Shown piece after piece: positions 37,830 through 48,044 of a stretch of DNA of 64,000 nucleotides. A program made the position numbers and the translations under genes. The stretch's first letter is position 1. The number at the start of each line of letters is the position of its first letter. The DNA is taken from IMG/VR virus record IMGVR_UViG_3300031758_000006; one strand, given 5' to 3'. The DNA comes from a virus. The notes beneath the pieces were generated by a model, which was not told the origin of the DNA, made no database searches, and saw nothing but the letters and a program-made list of their open reading frames with translations.

Positions 37830-39561
37830 CTATTAATGGGTCTTGAATTTCGTTTATATTTTTAACATTGGTTCCTTCCGGAATTATTCTAAAAATTGTG
37901 TTAACAAATGGGTAATGTTTTCCATTTGTAAATGGGTAATCAACACCAATATTATTTTGGTCAATAAACCCGTACGGATACAAATCTCTCCACCTAAAAC
38001 CATTAGATAAATTTGAATAGAAACTGTAGTCTGGTAGTCCAACAATGTTTTGATCCTGACTTTCCTCCACGTAGTCTGAAAATTCCCTAATAATTATTGG
38101 GTTGTGGGGGTAATAATAATACCCAAACTGATTTGTCTGGAAGTTATCGTTGGTCAGGTAAAACCAATTATTGTTAAATTTTATTTTATGACAATATCTG
38201 GATATTAATCTTTCTGTTTGTTGGTAATCGTTCCACTCACAAAAATCCCCATCAAGTGTGTCCCCCGAAATTACATCTTTATTATAAAAAAATGGTCCTT
38301 GTGATGGTATGGTTTCCGATGTGTAAGTACTTTCAGATATTGTGGTATTGGATAGGGTGTTAAATTCATCCCACCAAGAACTTGGTTGACTATTAACTAG
38401 TGGGATATTAAACTCCCAACCTTGTTTTAGTTTCCTTGTCCACCCAAAAAATCCTTTCCAGATTGTCGTGAAATATAATTGACTGATCGGTCTATTTTGA
38501 TTATCTCTAAGTGGGTTTATATCTATATCAACATTAAATGATAATGTATACGATTGGGATCCTTCTTTAGTTGAGCTTCTTTGTTTATTATTGGGGGTTA
38601 GAATAGCTATCTCATCTTTAATGGTATTCTTAAAGATGTTTTGTTCAAATCCGGATTTAACTAAAACAGATTCATTACTATTTGTTATAATTTTGTGAAC
38701 TCTAACATAATATTTTGATGTTGTTTCATTTTCATTTGTCTTACTTATCACTCTTTTAAAAGTACCCGAGTTGTTAGTCAGGAAGGTTGTACCGGTAAAT
38801 CCTACATTTCTAATGTTAAAAATATATTCATCACTACCATACCCAAAATCACCCAATTTAGTCACTTTAAATGTGGATTCCCCATTATATGTTATTGGTA
38901 ATTTAACGTATTCACCCACACTTAGTCCGTGTTTTACTGGGGATCTAAATCGTATATGTCGTCCATTAAGATCACTACCCAATGTAATTAAATATGGTAT
39001 TCCATCACTAACCACCCATGACCAAGATGTTGTTGTGTCATAATCAACAGCGTACATTTGTTTTGTATAATCATTTTTAAATGGATAACTCATGTAGTGT
39101 GTCCAATTATATGTTGTGGCACTTTTATTTAGAAAATCTATATGGTTATTTGGTGGTACTGTATACCCAACAACATTGTTATCAGTTCTAATAAAATCAA
39201 ACTCTTGGTACTGTGGGTAACCTTCCCATGGGACTGTATTTGGACTTGATGATAATAATTGTGATGAAGCGTTATTGATTGGGTTTGTGTAGTATAGATT
39301 GTTTTTATACGGTGTGTAAGTTGTACTACCACTAAATTCATTTTTAAAGACCACTATAAACTTGGTTGATGGTCTGAATACAGTTGATTCTTGTCTTTCA
39401 TTATCATATACGGTTTCAAGATTTAGATCAACAATACGATCAAAATCAACAATTTCTTTGGTGTTTTGTGTTAACGAAATATCAATTTCATCATTAACAT
39501 TCGGTGATGTGGTATATCTAAGACTACCAAGTATTATATTTGTTGTTGTTTCTACACCCAT
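37816..39561 (-). CDS. Putative structural protein
   Basis: 581 aa in tail block. Confidence 0.65.
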   Translation of the reverse strand: MGVETTTNIILGSLRYTTSPNVNDEIDISLTQNTKEIVDFDRIVDLNLETVYDNERQESTVFRPSTKFIVVFKNEFSGSTTYTPYKNNLYYTNPINNASSQLLSSSPNTVPWEGYPQYQEFDFIRTDNNVVGYTVPPNNHIDFLNKSATTYNWTHYMSYPFKNDYTKQMYAVDYDTTTSWSWVVSDGIPYLITLGSDLNGRHIRFRSPVKHGLSVGEYVKLPITYNGESTFKVTKLGDFGYGSDEYIFNIRNVGFTGTTFLTNNSGTFKRVISKTNENETTSKYYVRVHKIITNSNESVLVKSGFEQNIFKNTIKDEIAILTPNNKQRSSTKEGSQSYTLSFNVDIDINPLRDNQNRPISQLYFTTIWKGFFGWTRKLKQGWEFNIPLVNSQPSSWWDEFNTLSNTTISESTYTSETIPSQGPFFYNKDVISGDTLDGDFCEWNDYQQTERLISRYCHKIKFNNNWFYLTNDNFQTNQFGYYYYPHNPIIIREFSDYVEESQDQNIVGLPDYSFYSNLSNGFRWRDLYPYGFIDQNNIGVDYPFTNGKHYPFVNTIFRIIPEGTNVKNINEIQDPLIDDCE

Positions 39562-39562
39562 A

Positions 39563-42500
39563 TTAGTCGATAATATTTACATATAATTTTATAAATCTAT
39601 TCACAGCTGTTTTACCGTTTTTTAAACCAAAGTAAAAATGGTATGGAGCTCCCACTATAAATTTATTTTGTAATGGTGTTCCATTTATTACTGGATTACC
39701 AGAAGAATCAATATTAGTAATAAAACCATACTGTAAATTTGGTGGTACTGCTGTCATAGTAGATGTTTGAAAATAGTTAAATGGTGAGACGTTATTACTT
39801 GTGTCCAGTGATTGGTATTTTCTTGATGGTAACCTACTTGACCCCAAAACCCAGGATGTGTCCCAATTGTTAAATTCATTACCAAAAATAGTGTTATTAT
39901 CATTTAGTGTCCAACGGTATAGTGGAACTTCTTGTGTACTATTATATGGTATTAGATCCTGTAATAAGGGTGAAAAATTATAAATTTTATATCCGGGTGA
40001 CAAAGCTCTCCTGTTTTTGTATTGATCCTCACTAGTATTGTAAAATACACCAAAAACCGGTTTATTAGCCGAGTCAACCCCAACCCAAATAAACTGATCT
40101 GGGTAGTTCGATCCAACAAATGGATTTATTTGGTATTCAGAATTTATTGACATTGACTGAGCGATATCACCATCAATTCTAGAACCTGTTCTTGAAAAAT
40201 ATTGTTGTACTGAAGCGTCATTTGTATTAAAGATCTGTTGTAGCCACGTTGAGTTAACGAGTCTAGATATTATACCCAACTGTAATACTAATGATGAATC
40301 ATTGTATGATGAACTTGTTAGTGTATCTGATAAGTATTCCCCACTAAATTCCGGATTTGAACATATGTAGGATATGAATTCATCCCTTTTACCCAAATCC
40401 ATGATGGTTGTTGGTGTTTTTATCTGTCTATTATTTACCGAATTATCGGATGGACTGGTACTTTGTGACCCAATAAACCCAACAGCTGGGGATATTCTAT
40501 ATGGGGTAGATCGATAAAAGAAACTATTACTAGCTGTATTATAGTTTATTATCTCTTCACAATATTTGTAGTCTGTAAATTCACCAAATTCATCATATAA
40601 TGTCAACTTATTAAATGTCGGCATGTATAGTGTTCCGTTAACCCAATTATTTTGGAACATGTGTGAAAATACTCCACGACAAGCTGCGTACATTATTCTA
40701 AATCTAGCTTTCCATTCCAAAAATAATTCAATGTCAGAACCGATACTACTGACATATGGTTCGTTCAATAAATAATAACATCCATTAATTACTTTATCAT
40801 TATCAGCACATGTTTCATTTACCGTAAAACCAGTTCCGTAACCATCGTAACATGATAATTCAGTCATACCTTCACATGTTAAACTACCAGCTAACGATTC
40901 TGGTATACCTGAATCAACTAATATATTATTTGGGTCGTCTGACTGTAGTTGGTATTGGAATATTGTATCACAAATCCCTTCATCTGGTATTTTATAATAC
41001 ATGAAAGAGTTGTTTTCATGTAAAACAAATCTAGTGTACGGGTCACCGTTATAACCTGGTATATACGGGCCTTTGCTCTCCAAATTGGTTGACGTTGGTA
41101 ATCTATCACTTCTCATAACAATACCAAATCTATCATTAAAATTAATACCTTTAACTGAACTTGTATTACAATTCAAATAAGGACTAGGACAACTAGTTGA
41201 TGGTATGTCGTAATAACTAATGTAGGCTGGAGAACAAAGATACCAAATTGTATTTGTTTGGGCTTTGTAATTGGAGGATCCGGATCTCAATCCATCAGCT
41301 ATTGGTGGATTTATAGCGTAACCAGATTGATTATCATTTGACCAAACACCGTTATTATCAGCTTCCGCTGAAATGTCACCTAAATAACTACCGAAAGTTG
41401 ATAGGAACGATCCACCACCCACATACATAAATTTGGTTGGGTATTGACTTTCGTCCCAAGCGTCTGCCGTACCACCACAAACCCCAATAGGTCCAATTGT
41501 CGTATTGGATAAAACCTCCGAAGTTACCCCTCTGTAAGGTAATACATCATATTCCGCTCCCGTTGACCAATCAATTGAGTTAAACCCATCAATATAATTA
41601 GGTTCAATTCCGGTATATGGTTGGACCGATGTGTCAGCGAGTAATGGTCCCGAAAAATACGGTAATACGTGTCTCATTTCAAGGCCTGAATTTTCAAAAT
41701 CAAGTGATGAGTAGTAATACGGTAATGTGGACCCACTATTTGTGTATTGATTAAACAATGTGGAATCTGGTGTAAAACTAAAAGACTTGTGGTATTGACT
41801 TCTGCCACCATTACCCGACGATAAATAATTTACATTTGTTGGTACATTATGTCTAGCTGGTGTAAAATTACTACCTGTGGTATATCTTCGTATAGGATAA
41901 TTTAGTTTATAATAACCAGTCACCGAAACTTGATTTGCAGCTTTTCCGAATAAGGTCCCTAATTCATATTTAATTAGTTGTCTATCGGTATATGGATCAA
42001 CCCCTCTAGTTAATATTATAACACCCAAATTTTGACCGTCAAAAAAATTATCTAAAGCTTTTGCTTGTTGTTCATATTCATTATTACCTTGATATTGTTC
42101 GTATCTCCATTTAACAATGTGATTTAAATATTCTCTAGGGAAAAAACCAGAACTAATTTCGTTAGACATGGACAGATAATTTGATATTGACATACCGGTA
42201 ATAACTTGGAAATACTCCATGTCAGCTGGGAATCTATAACTACCATTTTCGGTATTCGCACTTATAGGTACTGTTATTGTTTTATTAGCTGGTTGAGTTG
42301 GGTCTCCTGGAACGTAAAATCTATTCGCGTAGTCGATGTTCACACCGTGTACCCCAGGTGGTAATGTTGTCCCAGTTATTGATCTACAATTAAACTCATT
42401 ATAAAGTGTACCCCCAGTTGAGTCCGTTAATCCTGTAATTCTATGGATGTCCCCAGACATTCTTGGGTTTTGGAACGTTATCATCTCTCCCGGTTGGAAA

Positions 42501-45313
42501 GCGTTATACATATTCCAATCGACGACAATTACCAAGGGTTGATCCTCAAAGTAATCATCAGCGTTATTAACGTAAGTTCTAATGAAGTTTTTACCTGAAA
42601 AAAACTTATCTCTAAGGTTAAATCTATTTAATTTGTTTGGCCAATGTTCGGTAATTGGATACCCCCATTCTGATGGTGGTGTACCTTTTTTTGTTAAAAA
42701 AGCTGTAACACCTCTACGTGGGTTACCTAGTCTGTCGATACCAGAAAATAGTTGGTAGAATTGTGCCGCAGCGTCAAATGAGACTCCTGGGTCATCTTCA
42801 TCAATACGATTCTGATACGGATTTCTTGGGTTACACCCCAATTCTGGGTTTTGGTAGTTGTATGAGGCTGTTGTATCAGCTAAAAATGAATTATTTGTAT
42901 CAACAATTCCCTGACCAAGGTCGTCTTCAGGTTCATTTAAATTAGCTAATAATGGGTCACACGGACAAGCGTCACAATCTGGATATGTTAACATTGGTAA
43001 TCCAATTCTGTTAAATGTGTTCCAGTTAACTAATCTAGGTATTATATATACAATAAAAAATACTAATAACGCAATATATAAAATAGCTGCGATTATTTGT
43101 GGTATTACAATGAACACCGCTGGGAATGAGTATATCGCGGTTCCAATCGCTTGAGCGATTTGATACCCTAACCATATTGGTATACCAATCGATACCAACC
43201 ATTTTAAAACAGGCCAAGAAACTATCACAAAATGAGCTATTGTTATTAACACAATCATTGGTAGTGTCAATATATTTAAAAGCAATTGTACAACAAACTC
43301 AATAAAATCAAAATTTCTTTGTAGGTCGTTTACTGGGAATTTATTATTTTCAGTTTGACACCGTCTATCTGTAATTTCTTTAATACCCAAATGTCTATCT
43401 TTATTTTTACCTTTCTTGTACCTATCAATAAATGACGATACTGTATAAACTTTATTATAGTGGAATTGATAAAATGTATCCTCACAGTTTATAGCCACAT
43501 TTTTGTCCACATAGTCATCCCAATCTAAACTAAAAGCGTATGATCTTATGTAATTAAAATAATTTTGATTTCCAAAACTATATACAACCTGTTGTGGTTG
43601 ACTTATATCAACAGCTGTAGGTGTTATTCTTACAAATTCACCAACATTAACAGGAATTGAGTTTAAACTACCTGAATATAATGTCCATGGACCTAAACCA
43701 GATGGTCCTATTTCCACAATATATGATTGTACATTTGTTGTTGTGTCACTCACTAAACCACCTTGTTGGGTAAACGCTCCCCAAACCGTGGATATTGTAT
43801 TAGGTGGTATTGAGAATGTTGTAGGTCCTAATGAACCCCCAGGATATGTTATTGTAGCTGGTAATGTTGGGTCTATTGGTGTAAAAATAATATTTACGAC
43901 ATTATTGTTTGTTAATCCGGTAATTCCCAAGTTTGGGTCCCCTAGGTATGGTGACTGACTTGATAGTGGGTTAGATTGTATAAATACACTAAATGTCAAT
44001 ACGTTTGATGTCACCACAGGTCCCAATAGGTCACCAGATCCAACAATTGTTAAACTATCCTCATAATCGGGTACTGGTATATTTGAAACGTAAGGTATTA
44101 GAACTATGTTACTCGGATCTGAACTAGTGTTGTCCCATCCATATTCTCTAATGTTTGGTACAAGGTAATTAGCTCGAATAAAATTATTGTTATTCCCGGT
44201 TTCATTTTGCCATTTAATCTTAAATCTATATTTTGATTTTGTTGGTATTCCAACACTTGGGTCGTTTGAAATTACTTGATTACCGAACTCGTCTGTTGTT
44301 ATGTAATCTAAGTTCATTGGTAGATTAGCTAACCACGTTCCGTTTTCATCAATAATTTTACCATCATTTTCTAGAATATATTGTTCTAGTATCGGATCCC
44401 CAAACTCATCAACATTTATTGTTTGTCGTATTGATAGAATTTGTCCTGGACCGGAAACTAAATCACAAAGATTCCCCATGTCCAATTTTGGTACACACCC
44501 AGTACTTAAATAGTCATCATTTGATGTTGACACTATTGACCCCATAAAAATAGAGGTTGGTTCAATTTTAACACTACTTTCAGTTGTTAAGTCAAAATCA
44601 ACTCTGGTGATACCAATTTGACAAACGTCTTCTTCACCCCATAGTGGTGAGACCTCAACAATTTTATTTAATGTCTTTATCTGTGGTAATTCATTTAAAT
44701 CTGTTGACGTTTTAAATGTTGTACCGTTTAATTGGGTTTCGTTAGCTTGACCCGTACGTATTAAATCTTGTGGTGACAAAGAAAAACAACCCATATCGGA
44801 TAAATCTATATCCATGAAAATGGTTTGACTACCTGTTGGTACACCGAATATCATGTAGTCACCACTATCGTTTGTTTTTACCGTAAATTTGTAGTATTTG
44901 TCATAAACTTCTATAGTTGTTTGATCAATAAGAACTTCTTCCTTTGTTGGAAATGTCCCGGTGGCTGAGTGTCCTGGATATGATGGTTCTTTCGGTAATA
45001 AATTATACCTATACCCGTTTTCATTTAATGTTGATAATGTTTTATACGGATATAGTTCAGAAACCACCGGATTTAATTCATCCAAATCTTCTATCGGGAT
45101 AAATAAAGATACTTTAGCGTTTGGTAACCCATAACCCCCATTAACAAATACTCGACCAACAATGACCCCATAATCAGAACAAATTCTTGTGTATATATCA
45201 CTTTGGTTAATCTTTAATGATAAGATCTCCAAGGTTTCAAAGTCTTGTTCTAACTTGAGATTAATGTATTTGTCAACACCTACTTGTGTTCGTATTCTAT
45301 ATGATTTAGGCAT
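39563..45313 (-). CDS. Very large tail/baseplate protein with internal hydrophobic segment
   Basis: 1916 aa; GRV....GLPNAKVS...TNDSGDYMIFGVP beta-sandwich; ~90-aa hydrophobic stretch; follows wedge gene. Confidence 0.7.
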   Translation of the reverse strand: MPKSYRIRTQVGVDKYINLKLEQDFETLEILSLKINQSDIYTRICSDYGVIVGRVFVNGGYGLPNAKVSLFIPIEDLDELNPVVSELYPYKTLSTLNENGYRYNLLPKEPSYPGHSATGTFPTKEEVLIDQTTIEVYDKYYKFTVKTNDSGDYMIFGVPTGSQTIFMDIDLSDMGCFSLSPQDLIRTGQANETQLNGTTFKTSTDLNELPQIKTLNKIVEVSPLWGEEDVCQIGITRVDFDLTTESSVKIEPTSIFMGSIVSTSNDDYLSTGCVPKLDMGNLCDLVSGPGQILSIRQTINVDEFGDPILEQYILENDGKIIDENGTWLANLPMNLDYITTDEFGNQVISNDPSVGIPTKSKYRFKIKWQNETGNNNNFIRANYLVPNIREYGWDNTSSDPSNIVLIPYVSNIPVPDYEDSLTIVGSGDLLGPVVTSNVLTFSVFIQSNPLSSQSPYLGDPNLGITGLTNNNVVNIIFTPIDPTLPATITYPGGSLGPTTFSIPPNTISTVWGAFTQQGGLVSDTTTNVQSYIVEIGPSGLGPWTLYSGSLNSIPVNVGEFVRITPTAVDISQPQQVVYSFGNQNYFNYIRSYAFSLDWDDYVDKNVAINCEDTFYQFHYNKVYTVSSFIDRYKKGKNKDRHLGIKEITDRRCQTENNKFPVNDLQRNFDFIEFVVQLLLNILTLPMIVLITIAHFVIVSWPVLKWLVSIGIPIWLGYQIAQAIGTAIYSFPAVFIVIPQIIAAILYIALLVFFIVYIIPRLVNWNTFNRIGLPMLTYPDCDACPCDPLLANLNEPEDDLGQGIVDTNNSFLADTTASYNYQNPELGCNPRNPYQNRIDEDDPGVSFDAAAQFYQLFSGIDRLGNPRRGVTAFLTKKGTPPSEWGYPITEHWPNKLNRFNLRDKFFSGKNFIRTYVNNADDYFEDQPLVIVVDWNMYNAFQPGEMITFQNPRMSGDIHRITGLTDSTGGTLYNEFNCRSITGTTLPPGVHGVNIDYANRFYVPGDPTQPANKTITVPISANTENGSYRFPADMEYFQVITGMSISNYLSMSNEISSGFFPREYLNHIVKWRYEQYQGNNEYEQQAKALDNFFDGQNLGVIILTRGVDPYTDRQLIKYELGTLFGKAANQVSVTGYYKLNYPIRRYTTGSNFTPARHNVPTNVNYLSSGNGGRSQYHKSFSFTPDSTLFNQYTNSGSTLPYYYSSLDFENSGLEMRHVLPYFSGPLLADTSVQPYTGIEPNYIDGFNSIDWSTGAEYDVLPYRGVTSEVLSNTTIGPIGVCGGTADAWDESQYPTKFMYVGGGSFLSTFGSYLGDISAEADNNGVWSNDNQSGYAINPPIADGLRSGSSNYKAQTNTIWYLCSPAYISYYDIPSTSCPSPYLNCNTSSVKGINFNDRFGIVMRSDRLPTSTNLESKGPYIPGYNGDPYTRFVLHENNSFMYYKIPDEGICDTIFQYQLQSDDPNNILVDSGIPESLAGSLTCEGMTELSCYDGYGTGFTVNETCADNDKVINGCYYLLNEPYVSSIGSDIELFLEWKARFRIMYAACRGVFSHMFQNNWVNGTLYMPTFNKLTLYDEFGEFTDYKYCEEIINYNTASNSFFYRSTPYRISPAVGFIGSQSTSPSDNSVNNRQIKTPTTIMDLGKRDEFISYICSNPEFSGEYLSDTLTSSSYNDSSLVLQLGIISRLVNSTWLQQIFNTNDASVQQYFSRTGSRIDGDIAQSMSINSEYQINPFVGSNYPDQFIWVGVDSANKPVFGVFYNTSEDQYKNRRALSPGYKIYNFSPLLQDLIPYNSTQEVPLYRWTLNDNNTIFGNEFNNWDTSWVLGSSRLPSRKYQSLDTSNNVSPFNYFQTSTMTAVPPNLQYGFITNIDSSGNPVINGTPLQNKFIVGAPYHFYFGLKNGKTAVNRFIKLYVNIID

Positions 45314-45384
45314 TAAGTCTTTTTTTGATAAATAGTTTATTTCCTATTTTCAAAAAATAGTCCTAAATATAAAAAAATAAATTA

Positions 45385-47223
45385 TCAAGAGAAATTAATG
45401 TTCTTAAAATTAAGAACTCTGACAGATATATCCTTATTTGGGTATCTTATTTGATAAATTTGACTTGGTTCAGCGAAAATAGTATCAGCTACCAATTCTA
45501 TTTGTTTTGTTGTTGGGTTGGAATATCTCTGTGACGTTTGGTTTGATGAATATTGACCCCCAACTTTATTAAAGAATCTAATATCGGAAATACTAATCAC
45601 CCCGTTTTCACTTTGTATTAGTCGTCTAATTTCAGACACATTAATGTTTCTACCTAATTGTTGGTTTAATGGACTAAAATACGAACTAATAATATCTATT
45701 GTTTTACTAATTAAAGACCCTTGGTTTTGTGTTGAGTCTAGAACAACGTCAACTTCAATACTAAGATCTATTGGACTAGCTGATTCTATAGAAATGTAAT
45801 CATTTATCATTCGATAGTTAGATAAGTAATTAGCTACGTTTGATTTTATTGTGTTCGATATGTTATCAGTTAGATTACCTTCGGTGTCGTATGATAACAT
45901 TTTTATTTTAATTTTATTATTTTCCTCCAATACCGATACCTTAGCTGGAGCACCAAATTGTGATGGCATTGTTCTTAAAATAGATTCGTAATCATTAATC
46001 GTTACCGCTCTGTTTTGTGCCGCAAAGTTAAATGATACATATTGTCTAACCTCCTCAACTGTTGGTTGGTTAGATCCACCAATAGCTGCGGTAACATTAT
46101 TACATTTTAATGAGTTTATTACCAATCTATTCTCACTATCAGATGGACCGTTAACGGAGAATGAGACGGTTCCTATTTGTGTGATCACATTAGAACCTAA
46201 ATTTGTCGCTTGTCCACCACCTATTCTATACTGTATAAATAAAGTTGAGTTTGATTTTAAAGCTGATCCCAATCCTAGGTTATTTGAGTACTTATTTAGA
46301 TCAAAATAAGCTCCATTTCTAGCAAACTCCCGTAATTGTTCTTCAGCTGAAACACTACCCCCACCAAATGTCATTTTTAAAAATCCTTCAGGTGTATATT
46401 CGGTAACAAATTTTGTGTTAGTAGTTATATATTTCCCAACTTTAACCCCTGGTTGGTCAGAAACTTTGGTTGGGTCCTCAATAAAGACTCTGTCCTCAGC
46501 TAAAGCTTTTACTTCGTACCATCTATTATCTAACCCTAAAAATTCTTGTGGTTGGGGTATCGTGTTATATTGTGTACCGTCTTTGAGTAATACACTAGTA
46601 ACACCTAATACGTTTTTTTCTGGTAAAAATAACTCAAAGAATGGTCTAACATCGTTAGCGGTTATAATTCTTTTAAATACCTTTGTTATACCATTAACAA
46701 CAACTTCTCGTTTTGTTATGGTGTAATTACTTAATGACCCATCTGAGTTAAAATTAGGTACTTTCAATCTATTTGGTGATCCTTCAGAGTTAACTGGTGA
46801 TGAAAAGTCTATATCATATACCGTTTCAAATGGTTGTCCAGCTCCACTAACCTGAGATCCCCTTCTTAAAATACCACAATATCTTAAATCTTCACTGTCC
46901 CCAAAAGCTGGAACCTGTATTGAGAAATCAACCAAAGCGACTGATGGTCTTTGTCCTGGGATTTTTAAACCATATGTTCTAGCTATGTTATATACTGAAG
47001 ATTTTTGTTGAGCGTATTGTAAAACTGTTTCTTGGATACTTCTATCAATTTGAAATTGTAGGTTGTCGGTTACCGCAGCATTTAAATCTAACATCACTGA
47101 AAAAATACCAGCGTCGTTAAAATTTTGAATTAGGTCTGGATAATAAGTTCTAGTAAAATTAATCAACTCAGTTCTTATCCCCTGGAAATCCCTTGTTGTG
47201 TACGATATTTTCTTTTCAGCCAT
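45385..47223 (-). CDS. Baseplate wedge subunit (T4 gp6 / baseplate J-like)
   Basis: RDFQGIRTEL, YRIGGG...N, AQNRAVT..DY motifs; adjacent to gp25-like gene. Confidence 0.85.
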   Translation of the reverse strand: MAEKKISYTTRDFQGIRTELINFTRTYYPDLIQNFNDAGIFSVMLDLNAAVTDNLQFQIDRSIQETVLQYAQQKSSVYNIARTYGLKIPGQRPSVALVDFSIQVPAFGDSEDLRYCGILRRGSQVSGAGQPFETVYDIDFSSPVNSEGSPNRLKVPNFNSDGSLSNYTITKREVVVNGITKVFKRIITANDVRPFFELFLPEKNVLGVTSVLLKDGTQYNTIPQPQEFLGLDNRWYEVKALAEDRVFIEDPTKVSDQPGVKVGKYITTNTKFVTEYTPEGFLKMTFGGGSVSAEEQLREFARNGAYFDLNKYSNNLGLGSALKSNSTLFIQYRIGGGQATNLGSNVITQIGTVSFSVNGPSDSENRLVINSLKCNNVTAAIGGSNQPTVEEVRQYVSFNFAAQNRAVTINDYESILRTMPSQFGAPAKVSVLEENNKIKIKMLSYDTEGNLTDNISNTIKSNVANYLSNYRMINDYISIESASPIDLSIEVDVVLDSTQNQGSLISKTIDIISSYFSPLNQQLGRNINVSEIRRLIQSENGVISISDIRFFNKVGGQYSSNQTSQRYSNPTTKQIELVADTIFAEPSQIYQIRYPNKDISVRVLNFKNINFS

Positions 47224-47224
47224 G

Positions 47225-47683
47225 TTATATGTTAATAATTACAAAATCACTGCTTTCTAAAGCTTGATTGGTTATTCTATAGTCTATTCTAACTTTAGCG
47301 GTGTGTTCTCTATCACCTATATTGGTTACCTTAAATTCTCTCTCACCAGAATCCGTAATATAAGTACCTTTGTCTTCCAAACCTAACGAAGCGTCAGTTA
47401 TTTTTATGTTTGTTATAAGTATACCTGGTATGTATTTTTCAACCGAATCTCTAATCTCAAACTCAATATCACTAAATGTTGGTCCATCCAATGGTTCAAA
47501 TATATATTCATATAATCTTGTACCAAAATCTGGTAAAAAATATCTACTACCCTTTCTAGTTAATAAAAGATGAATTAGATTATTTCTAATTTCTTCATCA
47601 ATAGTATCTGAAGCGTCAAGATACCTCCCAACAAAAGAATCCCTAAAGGGAAATGTTATACCATATGTTATACCGTTAGACAT
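47225..47683 (-). CDS. Baseplate gp25/GPW-like protein
   Basis: LLLTRKGSR...PDFGTRLYEYIFEP. Confidence 0.88.
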   Translation of the reverse strand: MSNGITYGITFPFRDSFVGRYLDASDTIDEEIRNNLIHLLLTRKGSRYFLPDFGTRLYEYIFEPLDGPTFSDIEFEIRDSVEKYIPGILITNIKITDASLGLEDKGTYITDSGEREFKVTNIGDREHTAKVRIDYRITNQALESSDFVIINI

Positions 47684-47720
47684 ATCTAATAAATATAGTA
47701 TTCAGATATTTTATATAAAT

Positions 47721-47748
47721 AAAAAAAATCACTGATTTCTCAGTGATT
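47721..47748 (-). terminator. Intrinsic terminator
   Basis: AATCACTGA-GAAA-TCAGTGATT stem plus T8 on minus strand, ending the nrdJ run. Confidence 0.8.
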
Positions 47749-47959
47749 CCTTTAAATTAGTACTTCCTTTTTGGTATAATGGTTCGTAAGGACAGTGTTT
47801 ACAACCGGATCCACAACACTTTCCTCGTTTTATGTGGAATGATTCTGTCATTACAATATTACCAAACTTATCCTTATAAAAGTCAGGTTCGGGAGTCTTT
47901 TTGGTGATCTCCCGAACATATAACTGTTGTATCCAATCGTTTGATGAGTTAACTGTCAT
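47729..47959 (-). CDS. DUF5522-like Cys-rich small protein
   Basis: HIKRGKCCGSGCKHCPY. Confidence 0.8.
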   Translation of the reverse strand: MTVNSSNDWIQQLYVREITKKTPEPDFYKDKFGNIVMTESFHIKRGKCCGSGCKHCPYEPLYQKGSTNLKESLRNQ

Positions 47960-47960
47960 C

Positions 47961-48041
47961 TTAATTCTTTTTTCTTAGATTATAGTACGCTAATAAAACT
48001 TGGTAAGTTAAAGTAACGTTGTTTCCCCAGGTAACTTTCAT
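47961..48041 (-). CDS. Micro-ORF (26 aa)
   Basis: MKVTWGNNVTLTYQVLLAYYNLRKKN*; exactly fills gap between nrdJ and DUF5522. Confidence 0.55.
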   Translation of the reverse strand: MKVTWGNNVTLTYQVLLAYYNLRKKN

Positions 48042-48044
48042 CTG

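Noticed and set aside
19707-47223. Diversity-generating retroelement targeting the fibres
   Set aside because: No reverse transcriptase and no TR/VR pair differing at adenines was seen in the window.
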